Of a stretch of 64,000 nucleotides of DNA, positions 51,285 to 61,188 are shown in pieces; positions within the stretch are counted from its first letter, which is position 1; each line of letters opens with the position of its first letter. Below the pieces are notes generated by a model. That model was given only the letters and a program-made list of their open reading frames with translations, made no database searches and was not told where the DNA came from. The stretch comes from Candidatus Multivorans sp. (GTDB taxonomy: Bacteria; Acidobacteriota; Thermoanaerobaculia; Multivoradales; Multivoraceae), in the NCBI GenBank assembly GCA_965247095.1, contig OZ251997.1, positions 352,001-416,000 of the forward strand. Direction: 5' to 3'. A program made the translations under genes and the position numbers.

Positions 51285-52226
51285 ATGTCGCGAATGAAGG
51301 TCTGGTTGGTGATGGGTCTGGCACTGGCTGTGGCTGTGCCGGCTGTGGCGCAGGACGGCGAGGAGAAGCACGTTCGCAAGATCCAGATCAAGAAGATCGT
51401 GGAGTGTGCGGACGGCGAGGACTGCGAGGAGCACGCGAGCCGGATGGTCTTCGTCGGCGACGACGGCGACGTGCGGATTCTTCATGGCGACGATACGGAA
51501 TGGGTGTCGGAGGACAATGTCCGCATTCTCAAGGCGGGCGGCCACGACGTGATCCTGATCGAGGATGAGGACGGGGACGGTGAAGAGGGCAACTCGATCA
51601 GACGCCGAATTCACCGGGTCATGCAGCGGGCCGCGGAGGGCGGTCGGGGCCTGCATCTGGCCCACGGCGGCGGCGCCTTTCTCGGCGTCCAGCTCTCCGA
51701 TCTGACCGCGGAGCTCCGCACTCACTTCGGTGTTCCGGAGGACGCGGGCGTCATGGTCGGCAAGGTCGTTGACGGCAGCCCGGCCTTCCGCGCCGGCGTG
51801 GAGGTCGGCGACATCGTGACGGCGGTCGACGGCGTAGCAGTCGACTCGGCGTCATCGCTCGCGCGCGCGATCCGCGGCCATGAGAACGGCGACACGGTCG
51901 TCCTCGAGGTCTGGCGGGACGGCCAGGTGCAGAAGATCAGCGCCGCCCTCGAAGAGCGCGAGCGACAGGTCGCGATGTCCAGCGCGGTGTCTGGCGCCGT
52001 GGGCGGCCACGGCGAAGCCCGGGTGATCGAGGTCAAGGTCGACTGCGAGGACGGCGAGGACTGCACGGTCGACATCGACAACGCGAACGCCTTCGAGTTC
52101 GCGGCCTCGGCCTGCGGCGACTCGGGCGAGTGCGAGGTGAATGTCGAGTGCGACGGCGGTGACTGCGCCTGCACCGTGAACGGGGAAGCGGTGGACTGCT
52201 CCGCGTTCCCCGGCCTTCCCCAGTAG
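51285..52226 (+). CDS. Secreted PDZ-domain protein with Cys-rich acidic termini
   Basis: Signal peptide; FLGVQLSDLT, SPAFRAGVEVGDIV, VWRDG; 8 Cys in the C-terminal region. Confidence 0.8.
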   Translation: MSRMKVWLVMGLALAVAVPAVAQDGEEKHVRKIQIKKIVECADGEDCEEHASRMVFVGDDGDVRILHGDDTEWVSEDNVRILKAGGHDVILIEDEDGDGEEGNSIRRRIHRVMQRAAEGGRGLHLAHGGGAFLGVQLSDLTAELRTHFGVPEDAGVMVGKVVDGSPAFRAGVEVGDIVTAVDGVAVDSASSLARAIRGHENGDTVVLEVWRDGQVQKISAALEERERQVAMSSAVSGAVGGHGEARVIEVKVDCEDGEDCTVDIDNANAFEFAASACGDSGECEVNVECDGGDCACTVNGEAVDCSAFPGLPQ

Positions 52227-52271
52227 ACCTTGGGCGTTTCGCTCGCATGCGCCGGAGGGGCTCCGACAGGG

Positions 52272-52340
52272 GTGCCATCCGTGCGCCCGATGACGGGCGC
52301 ACGGACTGGTTCACGCGTGGCGCGGATCGCGCCACGCGGG
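52272..52340 (+). repeat. Composite hairpin repeat, copy C (partial, two hairpins)
   Basis: 65/69 identity to 22243-22311. Confidence 0.88.
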
Positions 52341-52383
52341 ATGTAGAGGCGCGGCCCTCAACGCGATGAGAGGACCTGCCCGG

Positions 52384-53831
52384 ATGCCCTTCGAACGTCT
52401 CAGCCTGACCGAACTGCTCGACCAGCTCGACGCCGGAGAATGCTCCTGCGTCGAGCTGATGGGCGCTACGCTCGACCGGATCGAGGCGACCCACTTGCGC
52501 CTGAACGCGGTGGTCAGCACAAGACCGCGCGAAGAGCTGCTTGCCGACGCTGAGGCCGCCGATCGCCGCCGGGCCGCCGGCGAGGCCGGCCCGCTCGAAG
52601 GGGTGCCACTCGGAGTCAAGGATCTCGAGGACGTGGCGGGCATGGTCACCAGCATGGGTTCGCGGGTGTTCCGGAACAACGTGGCCGAGAGCGACTCCAC
52701 CCAGGTGGCGCGGTTGCGGGCCGCGGGAGCGATCGTCGTCGGCAAGACGAACACGCCTGAGTTCGGGTTCACCGCGATCACGAAGAACCCGCTCTTCGGC
52801 GTGAGCCGATCGCCGTGGGACCTGGAACGAACCCCCGGCGGTTCGAGCGGCGGATCGGCGGCGGTGCTCGCGGGCGGCGTGCTGCCCCTGGTCACGTCGT
52901 CGGACGGCGGCGGATCGATCCGCATCCCGGCCAGCTTCACGGGCGCCTTCGGCCTCAAGCCGAGCCAGGGCAGGGTGCCTCGGGGGCCGATGCGGGCATG
53001 GGACTACGGGAGCACCGCGGTCTACGGTCCCTTGACCCGGACCGTGGCCGACGCCGCGCTGTTCCTCGATCTCGTCGCGGGCCCTTCGCCGTGCGACCCC
53101 GCCTCGTTGCCGGCGCCGGGTCTCAGCTACCGCGAGGCGTTCGACTCCGGTTTGCCGGCCTCCACGCGGATCGCCAGTCGCCGGACCTCGGCTATGCCCG
53201 GGTCCAGTCGGACGTCGGCCGCGTCGCGGCGCAAGCGGTGGCGGCGTTCGAGGAGGCGGGTCTTGCGGTCGAGCCCCTGGAAGAGCACGTCCCCGGCGGC
53301 CCGCCGATGCTGACCGCGGCCTGGGGCGCGCTCGGCAACTTCTTCCTCGCCGGTCAACTACACGGGCCGCTGCGGAACCAACGCCACGACATGACGCACT
53401 CCTTTGCCGAGGCGCTGGAGCGCTCGTGGGAGGTGACGCCCGAGTCGTTCGGTGAGGGCGCGCGTGAGCGCGGCCGTCTGAACCAGTGGTGCGGCGAGGT
53501 GTTCGACCGGTTCGACCTGCTCGTGACCCCGACCGTGCCGTACGATCCGCCGCCCGCCCGCGGACCCTTCCCGACCCACACCGAGGGCCGGGAACAGGTT
53601 CCGGCCGGCGTCGCCGCGTTCACGATTCCGTTCAACATGTCAGGCCATCCGGCCGCCACGGTGCGGGCCGGTTTCTCCGACGCCGGTCTGCCGGTGGGTC
53701 TGCACATCGTGGGCCCACGCCACCGCGACGACCTTGTGCTCCGGGCCGCGCGCGTGTTCGAACGGGCTCGTCCCTGGCACCCGAATTGGCCGGAGATTCA
53801 GGAACGGTTCACGGGATCACCGAGACCTTGA
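52384..53831 (+). pseudogene. Amidase-signature enzyme split by a 1-nt frameshift near 53176
   Basis: GVKDL, GKTNTPEFG, GGSSGGS, SDGGGSIR in one frame; SPDLG...FNMSGHPA...GLPVG in another. Confidence 0.8.
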
Positions 53832-54840
53832 CCGCGCCGGACCGTTTGTCGCCGGCGATCTCGAAGGCGCGCTCGATGTTGTCCAGCGGCACTTCGTGGG
53901 TCAGCAGGCCGGTGTGGTCTCCTCCGGCCGCGGTCAGGATGCGCACCGCCTCCTCGAAATCCGCCTCGCCGGGGCGGCGCGCGTAGCAGTTGGACCACTG
54001 AAGGCGCGCCTCCTTGCCCAGCAGCGTCAGAGGATCGAGCGTCAGGGGGCCGAGGAAGACGCCCAGGACGCTGATCGTGCCGCCCGGCGCCAATGCCGCC
54101 GCGGCCGCGTTCATCGTGTCCGCTGTGCCGCCGACTGTCTCGACGACCAGATCGGCGTCGAGGCCGGCCAGATCGTCCGTCGACGCGGCGTCGAGCGACT
54201 CGTGGACGCCGAGCCGCTTCGCCAGGCGCGCCTGGTGCTCGTAGCGGGCGGTGATCGCGATGTCGTCGAACTGCCAGGCGCGGGCGACCGCGGCCACCGC
54301 CAGACCGATCGCGCCGGCGCCGAGGATCAACAGGCGTTCCGGTGGCCTGCCGCCGTCGAAGCCAGCCAGACGCAGGCTGTGGACGGCCACCGCGAAGGGT
54401 TCGGCGAGTGCGGCGAGGGCCGGCGGGAGCGTTTCCGGAACCCGGTACAGGCGGTGCGCCGGCACGACCACGGCGTCGGCGAAGCCGCCGGGGCGGCGGA
54501 GGCCGTAGAGCTCCAGGTCCCGGCAGATGGAATCCCGGCCCTCGCGGCACGGGCCGCAATCGCCGCAGGACGCGAGCGGCTCGACGACGACCGGTTCGCC
54601 GCCGGCGAGGCCGTCGACTCCGGGGCCCAGGGCGTCGACCAAGCCGGCCATTTCATGCCCCATGGTCGAACCCGGGGCGACGATCGGCTGTGGGCTGTGA
54701 ACGAGATGCAGGTCCGTGCCGCAGAGCCCGCAGGCGGTGATGCGGACGCGGACCTCGCCGGGGCCGGGTTCCGGCAGCGGCCGTTCGGCCAGCGCCACCC
54801 TTCCCGGTTCCAGGTAGACGCCGGCGCGCATCGTCGTCAT
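53809..54840 (-). CDS. Zinc-dependent alcohol dehydrogenase (MDR)
   Basis: GLCGTDLH, GHE, CGDCGPC...C, GAGAIG. Confidence 0.92.
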   Translation of the reverse strand: MTTMRAGVYLEPGRVALAERPLPEPGPGEVRVRITACGLCGTDLHLVHSPQPIVAPGSTMGHEMAGLVDALGPGVDGLAGGEPVVVEPLASCGDCGPCREGRDSICRDLELYGLRRPGGFADAVVVPAHRLYRVPETLPPALAALAEPFAVAVHSLRLAGFDGGRPPERLLILGAGAIGLAVAAVARAWQFDDIAITARYEHQARLAKRLGVHESLDAASTDDLAGLDADLVVETVGGTADTMNAAAAALAPGGTISVLGVFLGPLTLDPLTLLGKEARLQWSNCYARRPGEADFEEAVRILTAAGGDHTGLLTHEVPLDNIERAFEIAGDKRSGAVKVSVIP

Positions 54841-56096
54841 GGGGCCGCTCCTTCCTTCCCGTCTCCCAGACATACGGGAAGCGCAAGCAGGAACAACGCC
54901 CAGCGCTGGATCTCCGTATCGCGCCAGTTCGCCTCGAACAGGCCCGCGACGTTGAGGGCCAGCAGGGCGAAGAGAACACCCAGGCAGAGGTCCGCGCGGG
55001 GTCCGGCTCGCCCGCCCTCGCCGCGGTAGCGCTTGATCGCCAGGGCCGCCGCCGCGCCCATCAGCCACAGGTAGCAGAGCAGCGACGGGATGCCGCGGCT
55101 TGCGGCCATGTGGACGAACGTGTTGTGCAAGTGCTTGACCCGCGCCCGAACCGAGGTCGGATGGCGGTAGACCGGGTACCACTCGCGGACCATGGCCGGG
55201 CCGATGCCTGTGAGAGGCCGGTCGGCGATCATCTGGCCGCCGGCCCACAGCATGCAGAGCCGGTCGTAGTTCGACGGGTTGCGGACGTCGACCATGGACG
55301 TGGCGCGTTGCCAGTAGGTCGGCCAGAAGGTGGGCGCCACCGCGGCCAGCGAGACGGCCGCCAGCACGAGGGCGGCGCCGTAGCCCGCCAGGACCCGCCG
55401 GCGCTGCAGGGCGAAGGCGGCGGTGGCGACGGCGAAGGCGCCGAGCCAGGCGCTGCGGGTGAGCGTCAGGACGAGCGCAGCGCCGACGAGCGCCAGCACG
55501 AACCAGTTCACCTGCCGGCGCCAACCGTGGCTGCTCGCGACGCGGCCGGCGATCAGCGCCAGACCGAGCAGGAGCACGCCCGAGAAGGTCATGTAGTGCG
55601 AGAACGGCCCCGGGATCCGTTGGTGCAGCGGGCCGTAGTCGGTGAAGACGAACTGCGCCAGACCGTAGACGGCCAGGACGGCCGAGATGCCGATGACGGC
55701 GCTGACAACGACACGCACCTGCCGTTCGCCCCGGACCAGCAGGAGCGCCAGGGGCAGGGTGAGGACGGAGTAGAGCTGGGAGAGTTCCTGAAGACTCGTC
55801 GCCGGCTTGTAGGAGAAGGCCGCCGAGAGGACGAAGCAGCCGGTGTAGGCGGCCAGCGGGTAGAGGAGCCGTCGCCGTCGCCGGCGATCCTCGTCGCCGG
55901 CCGCGAAGAAGAGCCGTCGCCGCCGGACGGCGCACCAGACCAGCGTGAAGAACAGCAGGATGTTCGAGAGCGCGATCCCGAACGTGGTCACGAGCTGGCC
56001 CAGGAAGAGCCAGAAGCCCGCGTTTCCCCTCGCTTCCCGGCAGGGCCGGAGCACGGCGCGCTCAATCGCCGCCATCGGGCCCTGGGTCCGCTGCAT
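54837..56096 (-). CDS. O-antigen ligase/polymerase family membrane protein
   Basis: TLTRSAWLG, PLTGIG, HLHNTFVH; multiple TM helices. Confidence 0.85.
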   Translation of the reverse strand: MQRTQGPMAAIERAVLRPCREARGNAGFWLFLGQLVTTFGIALSNILLFFTLVWCAVRRRRLFFAAGDEDRRRRRRLLYPLAAYTGCFVLSAAFSYKPATSLQELSQLYSVLTLPLALLLVRGERQVRVVVSAVIGISAVLAVYGLAQFVFTDYGPLHQRIPGPFSHYMTFSGVLLLGLALIAGRVASSHGWRRQVNWFVLALVGAALVLTLTRSAWLGAFAVATAAFALQRRRVLAGYGAALVLAAVSLAAVAPTFWPTYWQRATSMVDVRNPSNYDRLCMLWAGGQMIADRPLTGIGPAMVREWYPVYRHPTSVRARVKHLHNTFVHMAASRGIPSLLCYLWLMGAAAALAIKRYRGEGGRAGPRADLCLGVLFALLALNVAGLFEANWRDTEIQRWALFLLALPVCLGDGKEGAAP

Positions 56097-56101
56097 GGCG
56101 G

Positions 56102-58663
56102 TCAGTCTATGCGCGTCCGGCTCCGCACACTGGTCACCACGAGGCCCGGACGCAGTACCTCGACCCGGATGTCCCTGAGCCCGTCCGGGCCGGCCGCCGC
56201 GCCCGCCGGGGGCTCGAAGGCGATCAGGTAATGCGAGCGAAGGGCGCGCGCAATCTCGCGGTAGACGCGGTCCAGGTCGTCCACGGATTCAGCGGCGTGG
56301 TACTGGCCTCCAGTGCGGTCGGCGAGCGTTCGGAGCGCATCGACCGTCGCCGCGTCGCTTACTCGCAGCGCGATCGGGTAGGTCGCAACGCCGGCCAGCT
56401 CGACCTGGGCCAGCACGCGCTTGAAGTCGAGGTTGCTGTCGGTGTCGGCGCCGTCGCTCAAGACGACGAGAGCGCGCCGGTCCGGCCGTCCCGCGAAGGA
56501 GGACACGGCGTAAGCGATGCCGTCGTAGAGCCGGGTCGCGCCCCAGGCCCGCAGGCCCTCGGCGGCGTAGCGAAGCTGCCGGGTGTCGCCGACAAAGGGC
56601 GTCAGCCGCTCGAGATCATGGTTGAAGACGAGGAGGCTGGCGGCGTCGCGCTCGGTCAGAACCCGTTCGAAGAAACGCTGCGCGCTCGTGGCCGCAACCC
56701 GTACGCTGCGTCCCAGGGAGCTGGAGACGTCCATCAGCAGGGCAACGTTCATCGGCCGGTCCGCGAGGTTGCGGAAGTCATGGACCGGCACCTCGATGCC
56801 CTGGTGGAGAACCCGGAAGTCCCCCGGTCCGAGGTCCGTCGCCGGGCCGGTCTGCCGGCCGCCGACCGAGACGAGGAGATCGACCAGGCGCACATCGATC
56901 TGCTCAGGCGCCCCGGCGCCCAGGAATGCGAGATCCTCGACCTGCTCGCCGGAGCGGAGCGTGGCCACGGCGCGAACGAAGCTGAGGGGTAGCCGCAGCC
57001 CGGCCGGAACCCGGCAACGGAAGGGCGGCGCGGTCATCCGTTCGAGCAGGTCCGCGCCCAGGAAGCAGTCGACGCGATCGAGTTCGTGTCCGGACGGCAG
57101 GTCGACACGGACCGCGAGGTCGAGCGCCTGCTCCAGACGGGCCGCGTCAGGACTTTCCAGGGCGATCGCGAACGGGCGCTCTTCCCGTTCGATGTCGAGG
57201 CCGTGCCGGGCCACGAGCCGCCCCTCGCGGTCGAGTCCACGGACTTCGATCCGGTGACGCTGCTCCGGCAGATCGACGGCGTGAACGAAGGGCGGTTCGC
57301 CGACCCTGGCTACCGTCTGGCCGTCGCGCAGGAAGACGACCTCGGCGATGCCGGGGCTGGCTGTGGCGCGGGCGGTGAACGTGGCGCCCAGCACCCGGCC
57401 GTCCGGCGCCAGCAGTTCGACGCTCGGCAATTGGGTCAGGACGATCGTTTCCCGCCGGGTCAGCAGGTGGAGATCCGGCACGTCCAGCGGCGTTGGAAGC
57501 GCCGGCACGTCGACCGTGTTGCTGCTGCGGAGCAGCCCGCGCCCGAGGTTGTCCTCGGCGCGGAGTTCAAAGCGGTACGCGCCGGCCGGCAGGCGCCGGT
57601 AGAAGTCGAGTGCGATGTCCGGTGCGCGGTCGCCGGCGTCCGTCGCGTCGACCGGAATGCCGCCGCTGATGTGATGGGTGACGACGAAGGCGTCGGCAAG
57701 CTGGTTGCCGAGGAAGACATCGCCCGTGATCGTCACCCGGTCGAGGATCTGGCCGGCGCCGAGTTCGGCGAGATGCTCGTGAGGAAGCCGCAGCCGGCCA
57801 CGCATCGCGGTGCGGCGGTTCTCGCTGCCGAGGGCCTCGAACTCCAGTGAGACGCCCCGCAGGGCCATGGCGGCAGGATCGAGGACGGCCTCCACGCGCA
57901 GGAAGTCGTCGACCCAGCTCGAGGTCCGGTCTTCGGCCCCGGCCGGTTCACCTGCCCAACCCAGCCGCTCGATAAACCGCCGCCAGCCTGTCGCGCGTTC
58001 AAGCCGCCGCTGCAGCCGGGCGCGTTCGTTCGCGGTCAGGCAGCGGCGGCGCTCCGCCTGCCCCAGTACGCGGAGCGCGTCGACTGGCGGCGGAGGGGTG
58101 GCGTCGTCACCCGCACCGTCCGAGGCTTTGGGGGCGAAGGTGAGGTCCGCGCCGGACTCCTGCGACCACAGGGCCATCGACCGGGGGTCGAAGTTGACCT
58201 GCTGCACGAAGGCCAGTAACAGATCGCCATCGCGTGCCGCCGGGAGCCGGCCGAGTTGGTGCTCGAGCCGCCAGCGGTCGTAGGTCCAGATCTCGATCCG
58301 GCGCAGGGCCGATTCGCACGGTTCGACCATCTGCCGGTCAGCCGGCTTGCCGGCCAGCAGCACGGCGCGCTCCATTGCCGGCGACCGCTCGCGGAGCTGG
58401 TCGCGGGCCCTCCGGTTCTCCTGCCAGCGTTCGAGCAGGCGCGGCGGACGTGCCGCCCAGAAGGCGCGCAGGAAGCGCTCGCGCGCGCCCGGGCCTTCGA
58501 GCTGTTCGAAGGCCCGGCGCTCGCGGTCGTCAAGGAGCGGCTCAACCTCGGCGAGCCACTGTGTGTAGAAGTCGGGCAGGCGCGCCTGCGGCCGGCGGCT
58601 GCCCTGAGCTTCAACGGATTCCGCGGAAGCCGCGGTCAGCGCCGCCGCGGCGAGCAGCAGCAA
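56102..58663 (-). CDS. Secreted VWA-domain protein with degenerate GWxTD-like N-terminus
   Basis: MIDAS DVSSS, TRLYD, LSDGAD; N-terminal W...V..L....ERRAF..L.....RERF...FW...G.P pattern. Confidence 0.8.
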   Translation of the reverse strand: MLLLAAAALTAASAESVEAQGSRRPQARLPDFYTQWLAEVEPLLDDRERRAFEQLEGPGARERFLRAFWAARPPRLLERWQENRRARDQLRERSPAMERAVLLAGKPADRQMVEPCESALRRIEIWTYDRWRLEHQLGRLPAARDGDLLLAFVQQVNFDPRSMALWSQESGADLTFAPKASDGAGDDATPPPPVDALRVLGQAERRRCLTANERARLQRRLERATGWRRFIERLGWAGEPAGAEDRTSSWVDDFLRVEAVLDPAAMALRGVSLEFEALGSENRRTAMRGRLRLPHEHLAELGAGQILDRVTITGDVFLGNQLADAFVVTHHISGGIPVDATDAGDRAPDIALDFYRRLPAGAYRFELRAEDNLGRGLLRSSNTVDVPALPTPLDVPDLHLLTRRETIVLTQLPSVELLAPDGRVLGATFTARATASPGIAEVVFLRDGQTVARVGEPPFVHAVDLPEQRHRIEVRGLDREGRLVARHGLDIEREERPFAIALESPDAARLEQALDLAVRVDLPSGHELDRVDCFLGADLLERMTAPPFRCRVPAGLRLPLSFVRAVATLRSGEQVEDLAFLGAGAPEQIDVRLVDLLVSVGGRQTGPATDLGPGDFRVLHQGIEVPVHDFRNLADRPMNVALLMDVSSSLGRSVRVAATSAQRFFERVLTERDAASLLVFNHDLERLTPFVGDTRQLRYAAEGLRAWGATRLYDGIAYAVSSFAGRPDRRALVVLSDGADTDSNLDFKRVLAQVELAGVATYPIALRVSDAATVDALRTLADRTGGQYHAAESVDDLDRVYREIARALRSHYLIAFEPPAGAAAGPDGLRDIRVEVLRPGLVVTSVRSRTRID

Positions 58664-58720
58664 GGCGGCTGCGCGAGGGCAGCCGCACCGATTGAGCCGC
58701 TGATCCGAGCGGATCGACCC

Positions 58721-59533
58721 CTACTCCGGCAGCAGCGCCTTGATGGAGTCCGAGGGCTCGAACACGCTCTCGTCCACATCGTCGTAGGTCACGGACTCGA
58801 TGGTCTGGGTCATCTCCATACCCATGAAACTGATGGCCACCCTGCTCGGGGCCATCAGACCGCCGAACTCCTTGTAGTCGCTCGAGCTGATCGTGACATC
58901 GACAGTGCCCATCTCACTCGTCTGTGTGGTCTCGATACCGATCAGGAGGCCGGTGTCCTTGGCGAAGTAGTGCGAGGATTCGTTGCCGTCGGTGTCGACG
59001 AGGTCGAGCTGGTAGGCCGCCTGGCCGTTCCACTCTGTTTCCCCGGCAGCCTGCTGCCCGGGGTAGATCTCGTCGTACTCCAACTCGGCGTAGAAGCGGG
59101 CGTTGCGCGCGGCGTCCTTCAGCATCCGGCCATCCAGGAGGCGTGTGCCCTGCATTGGATCCTCGGCCCAGCCGATCTCGCCGTTGTAGACCTGAAGGGT
59201 TTCGCCAAAGCCAGCCATGTTGGTCGACTCGAAGTACTTGTCGGGCGCCATTGTGTAGATCGTCGTGTCACCGGAGACACCCATTGCGGGCAGGTCGAAC
59301 GCGGCCTTGATGGTTGCGGAGCTGTGCGCCCGTATGGCCTCCTCGCCACCCATCGCTTCAACGAAGCGGGCGACGATCTTCTCTTCCTCCGTCAGCTCTC
59401 GAGGTGGTGGGATCTCTTCCGCTACCTCTTGGGGTGGTGGAAGATCTGCGTTGCGGGCAGAGCAGGCGCCGAGAATCAGACCGCAGCAGGCAAGTGCGAG
59501 CACGGTGCGGCGGCGAAGGGGATGGAAAGACAT
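58721..59533 (-). CDS. Lipoprotein of unknown function (lipoprotein-sorting/LolA-like fold)
   Basis: Lipobox LGAC; FVEAMGG, YFAKDTGLL, SDYKEFGGL, DESVF. Confidence 0.7.
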   Translation of the reverse strand: MSFHPLRRRTVLALACCGLILGACSARNADLPPPQEVAEEIPPPRELTEEEKIVARFVEAMGGEEAIRAHSSATIKAAFDLPAMGVSGDTTIYTMAPDKYFESTNMAGFGETLQVYNGEIGWAEDPMQGTRLLDGRMLKDAARNARFYAELEYDEIYPGQQAAGETEWNGQAAYQLDLVDTDGNESSHYFAKDTGLLIGIETTQTSEMGTVDVTISSSDYKEFGGLMAPSRVAISFMGMEMTQTIESVTYDDVDESVFEPSDSIKALLPE

Positions 59534-59611
59534 GGGCGGGTCTCCTTCGGAGAGTGTGTTGGTTGTCGTACCTGACTACGTAGAAGCGGCGGCGCGGTTG
59601 CGGTGCGTTTC

Positions 59612-60823
59612 CTAGCTTGCCCATTTCCTGGCTGCCGCCAGGGCCTCTTCCGACGGCGGCAGAGTGGGCTTGAGGCGCGCGGTCACGTTGAACGGTTCCG
59701 TGTCGATTTCGTCCAGGCCTTGTTCGCCGGCGAGGACTGCCTGCTTCCATTCCTGCTGCGCATCTTCGCGCTCCTGGAACTCGGGCATCACTTCGCGCGC
59801 GAACAGCTCCAGGCTGCTCATGATGTCCTCGTGGGTGTTCTTGCCGGCTTGGTTGAGCAGGATAACCTGATCCACGTGGGCCCGCTCGAGCTCCAGCAGG
59901 CGCTCGCGGATTGTGGCCGGTGAGCCGATCAGTTCGCTGCCGGAGCGTCTGCGGCCTTCGGGCGTCTGCTTCCACTCCTGGTAGCGCTCCCAGAAGTTGT
60001 TCGACCTGGGCTCGAACGGGCCTTCCTTGTTGTAGAGCTGGAGGGCGAACTGGAAGAACGTCCAGCCGTCGGCCTTCTGTTGCGCTTCCTCGTCGGTGGG
60101 CGCGCACATGAAGCCGCCAACCACGGCGAGGTTCGGGTTCGTCTGGTAGTCGCAGAGCTTCTGCTGATCGCCGACGAAGGTGTTGTAGTACGCGTTGACC
60201 CAGGCGCGGGCGGAGTCGAGGTCGACGAACTTGAAGCACAGCGCGCCCATGCCGCGGTGGGCGGCGTAACGGATCGTTTCGAGCTGCGAGCAGGCGACCC
60301 AGAGCGGCGGGTGGGGCCGCTGCAGCGGCTTTGGAATCACGTTGCGCAGCGGGAAGTCGAAGTAGTGGCCGTGGTACTCCCAGCCCTCGTTCCAGAACAT
60401 CGGCAGGCAGGCCTGGACCGCCTCCTCCCACACGATCCGCTTGTCGCGGAAACTGCGGCCGAAGGGGTGGAGTTCGGTGACGCTCGAGCCCTCGCCGAGC
60501 CCGAGTTCGACGCGGCCGTTCGACACCAGATCGAGGGTCGAGACGCGTTCCGCCACCCGCGCCGGGTGGTTCGTCGTCAACTGGACGATGCCGTGGCCGA
60601 GGCGGATGTTCTTGGTGCGCTGCGACGCCGCGGCCAGGAAGACCTCGGGCGCCGAACTGTGCGAGTACTCCTCCAGGAAGTGGTGCTCCACCTCCCAGGC
60701 GTAGTCGTAACCGAGCCGGTCCGCGAGTTCGATCTGCTCCAGCGAGTTATGGAGCAGCCGGTGCTCCGAGTCCGCCTTCCACGGTTTCGGTAGCTGGTGC
60801 TCGTAGAAGATGCCGAATTTCAT
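59612..60823 (-). CDS. LLM-class flavin-dependent oxidoreductase
   Basis: MKFGIFYEHQ, WEVEHHFLEEYSHSSAPE, PKPLQRPHPP. Confidence 0.92.
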   Translation of the reverse strand: MKFGIFYEHQLPKPWKADSEHRLLHNSLEQIELADRLGYDYAWEVEHHFLEEYSHSSAPEVFLAAASQRTKNIRLGHGIVQLTTNHPARVAERVSTLDLVSNGRVELGLGEGSSVTELHPFGRSFRDKRIVWEEAVQACLPMFWNEGWEYHGHYFDFPLRNVIPKPLQRPHPPLWVACSQLETIRYAAHRGMGALCFKFVDLDSARAWVNAYYNTFVGDQQKLCDYQTNPNLAVVGGFMCAPTDEEAQQKADGWTFFQFALQLYNKEGPFEPRSNNFWERYQEWKQTPEGRRRSGSELIGSPATIRERLLELERAHVDQVILLNQAGKNTHEDIMSSLELFAREVMPEFQEREDAQQEWKQAVLAGEQGLDEIDTEPFNVTARLKPTLPPSEEALAAARKWAS

Positions 60824-60890
60824 GGCAGCCGACAGTAACACTGCCGCGCTTGCAGCGGACTGTTAGGGTCGCGCGTCGGAGGTGATGGCC

Positions 60891-61169
60891 ATGGCGATGA
60901 CTACAGACGAAGTGCGGGCGGCTTGCGGTGAGTTGAACGGTTGGGAGGCGGACCTGGACGTGCCTTCGATCGCACGGGACTACCAGTTTCCGACTTTTCC
61001 CGCGGCGGTGCGTTTCGTGGACTTCGTTGCCGAGCTGGCCGAAGCGGCGGACCACCATCCGGACATCGACATCCGCTACAACCGGGTCCGGCTCACCTTG
61101 AGCACCCACTCCGCGGGCGGCGTGACCGAGAAGGACTTCGCCCTCGCCCGCGCGATCGACCAGAGCTGA
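60891..61169 (+). CDS. phhB: Pterin-4a-carbinolamine dehydratase
   Basis: RBS GGAGG; [23 protein letters not shown]. Confidence 0.9.
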   Translation: MAMTTDEVRAACGELNGWEADLDVPSIARDYQFPTFPAAVRFVDFVAELAEAADHHPDIDIRYNRVRLTLSTHSAGGVTEKDFALARAIDQS

Positions 61170-61188
61170 TCAGCCCGGCCGGTTACCC

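Noticed and set aside
22223-52340. Hairpin repeats as a CRISPR array or tRNA
   Set aside because: Copies are dispersed with no spacers or cas genes, and there is no cloverleaf or T-loop consensus.
58664-58723. Lipoprotein and VWA ORFs in the same frame, separated only by a TAG (possible readthrough)
   Set aside because: The VWA gene has its own signal peptide, the spacer contains hairpins, and same-frame adjacency occurs one time in three by chance.
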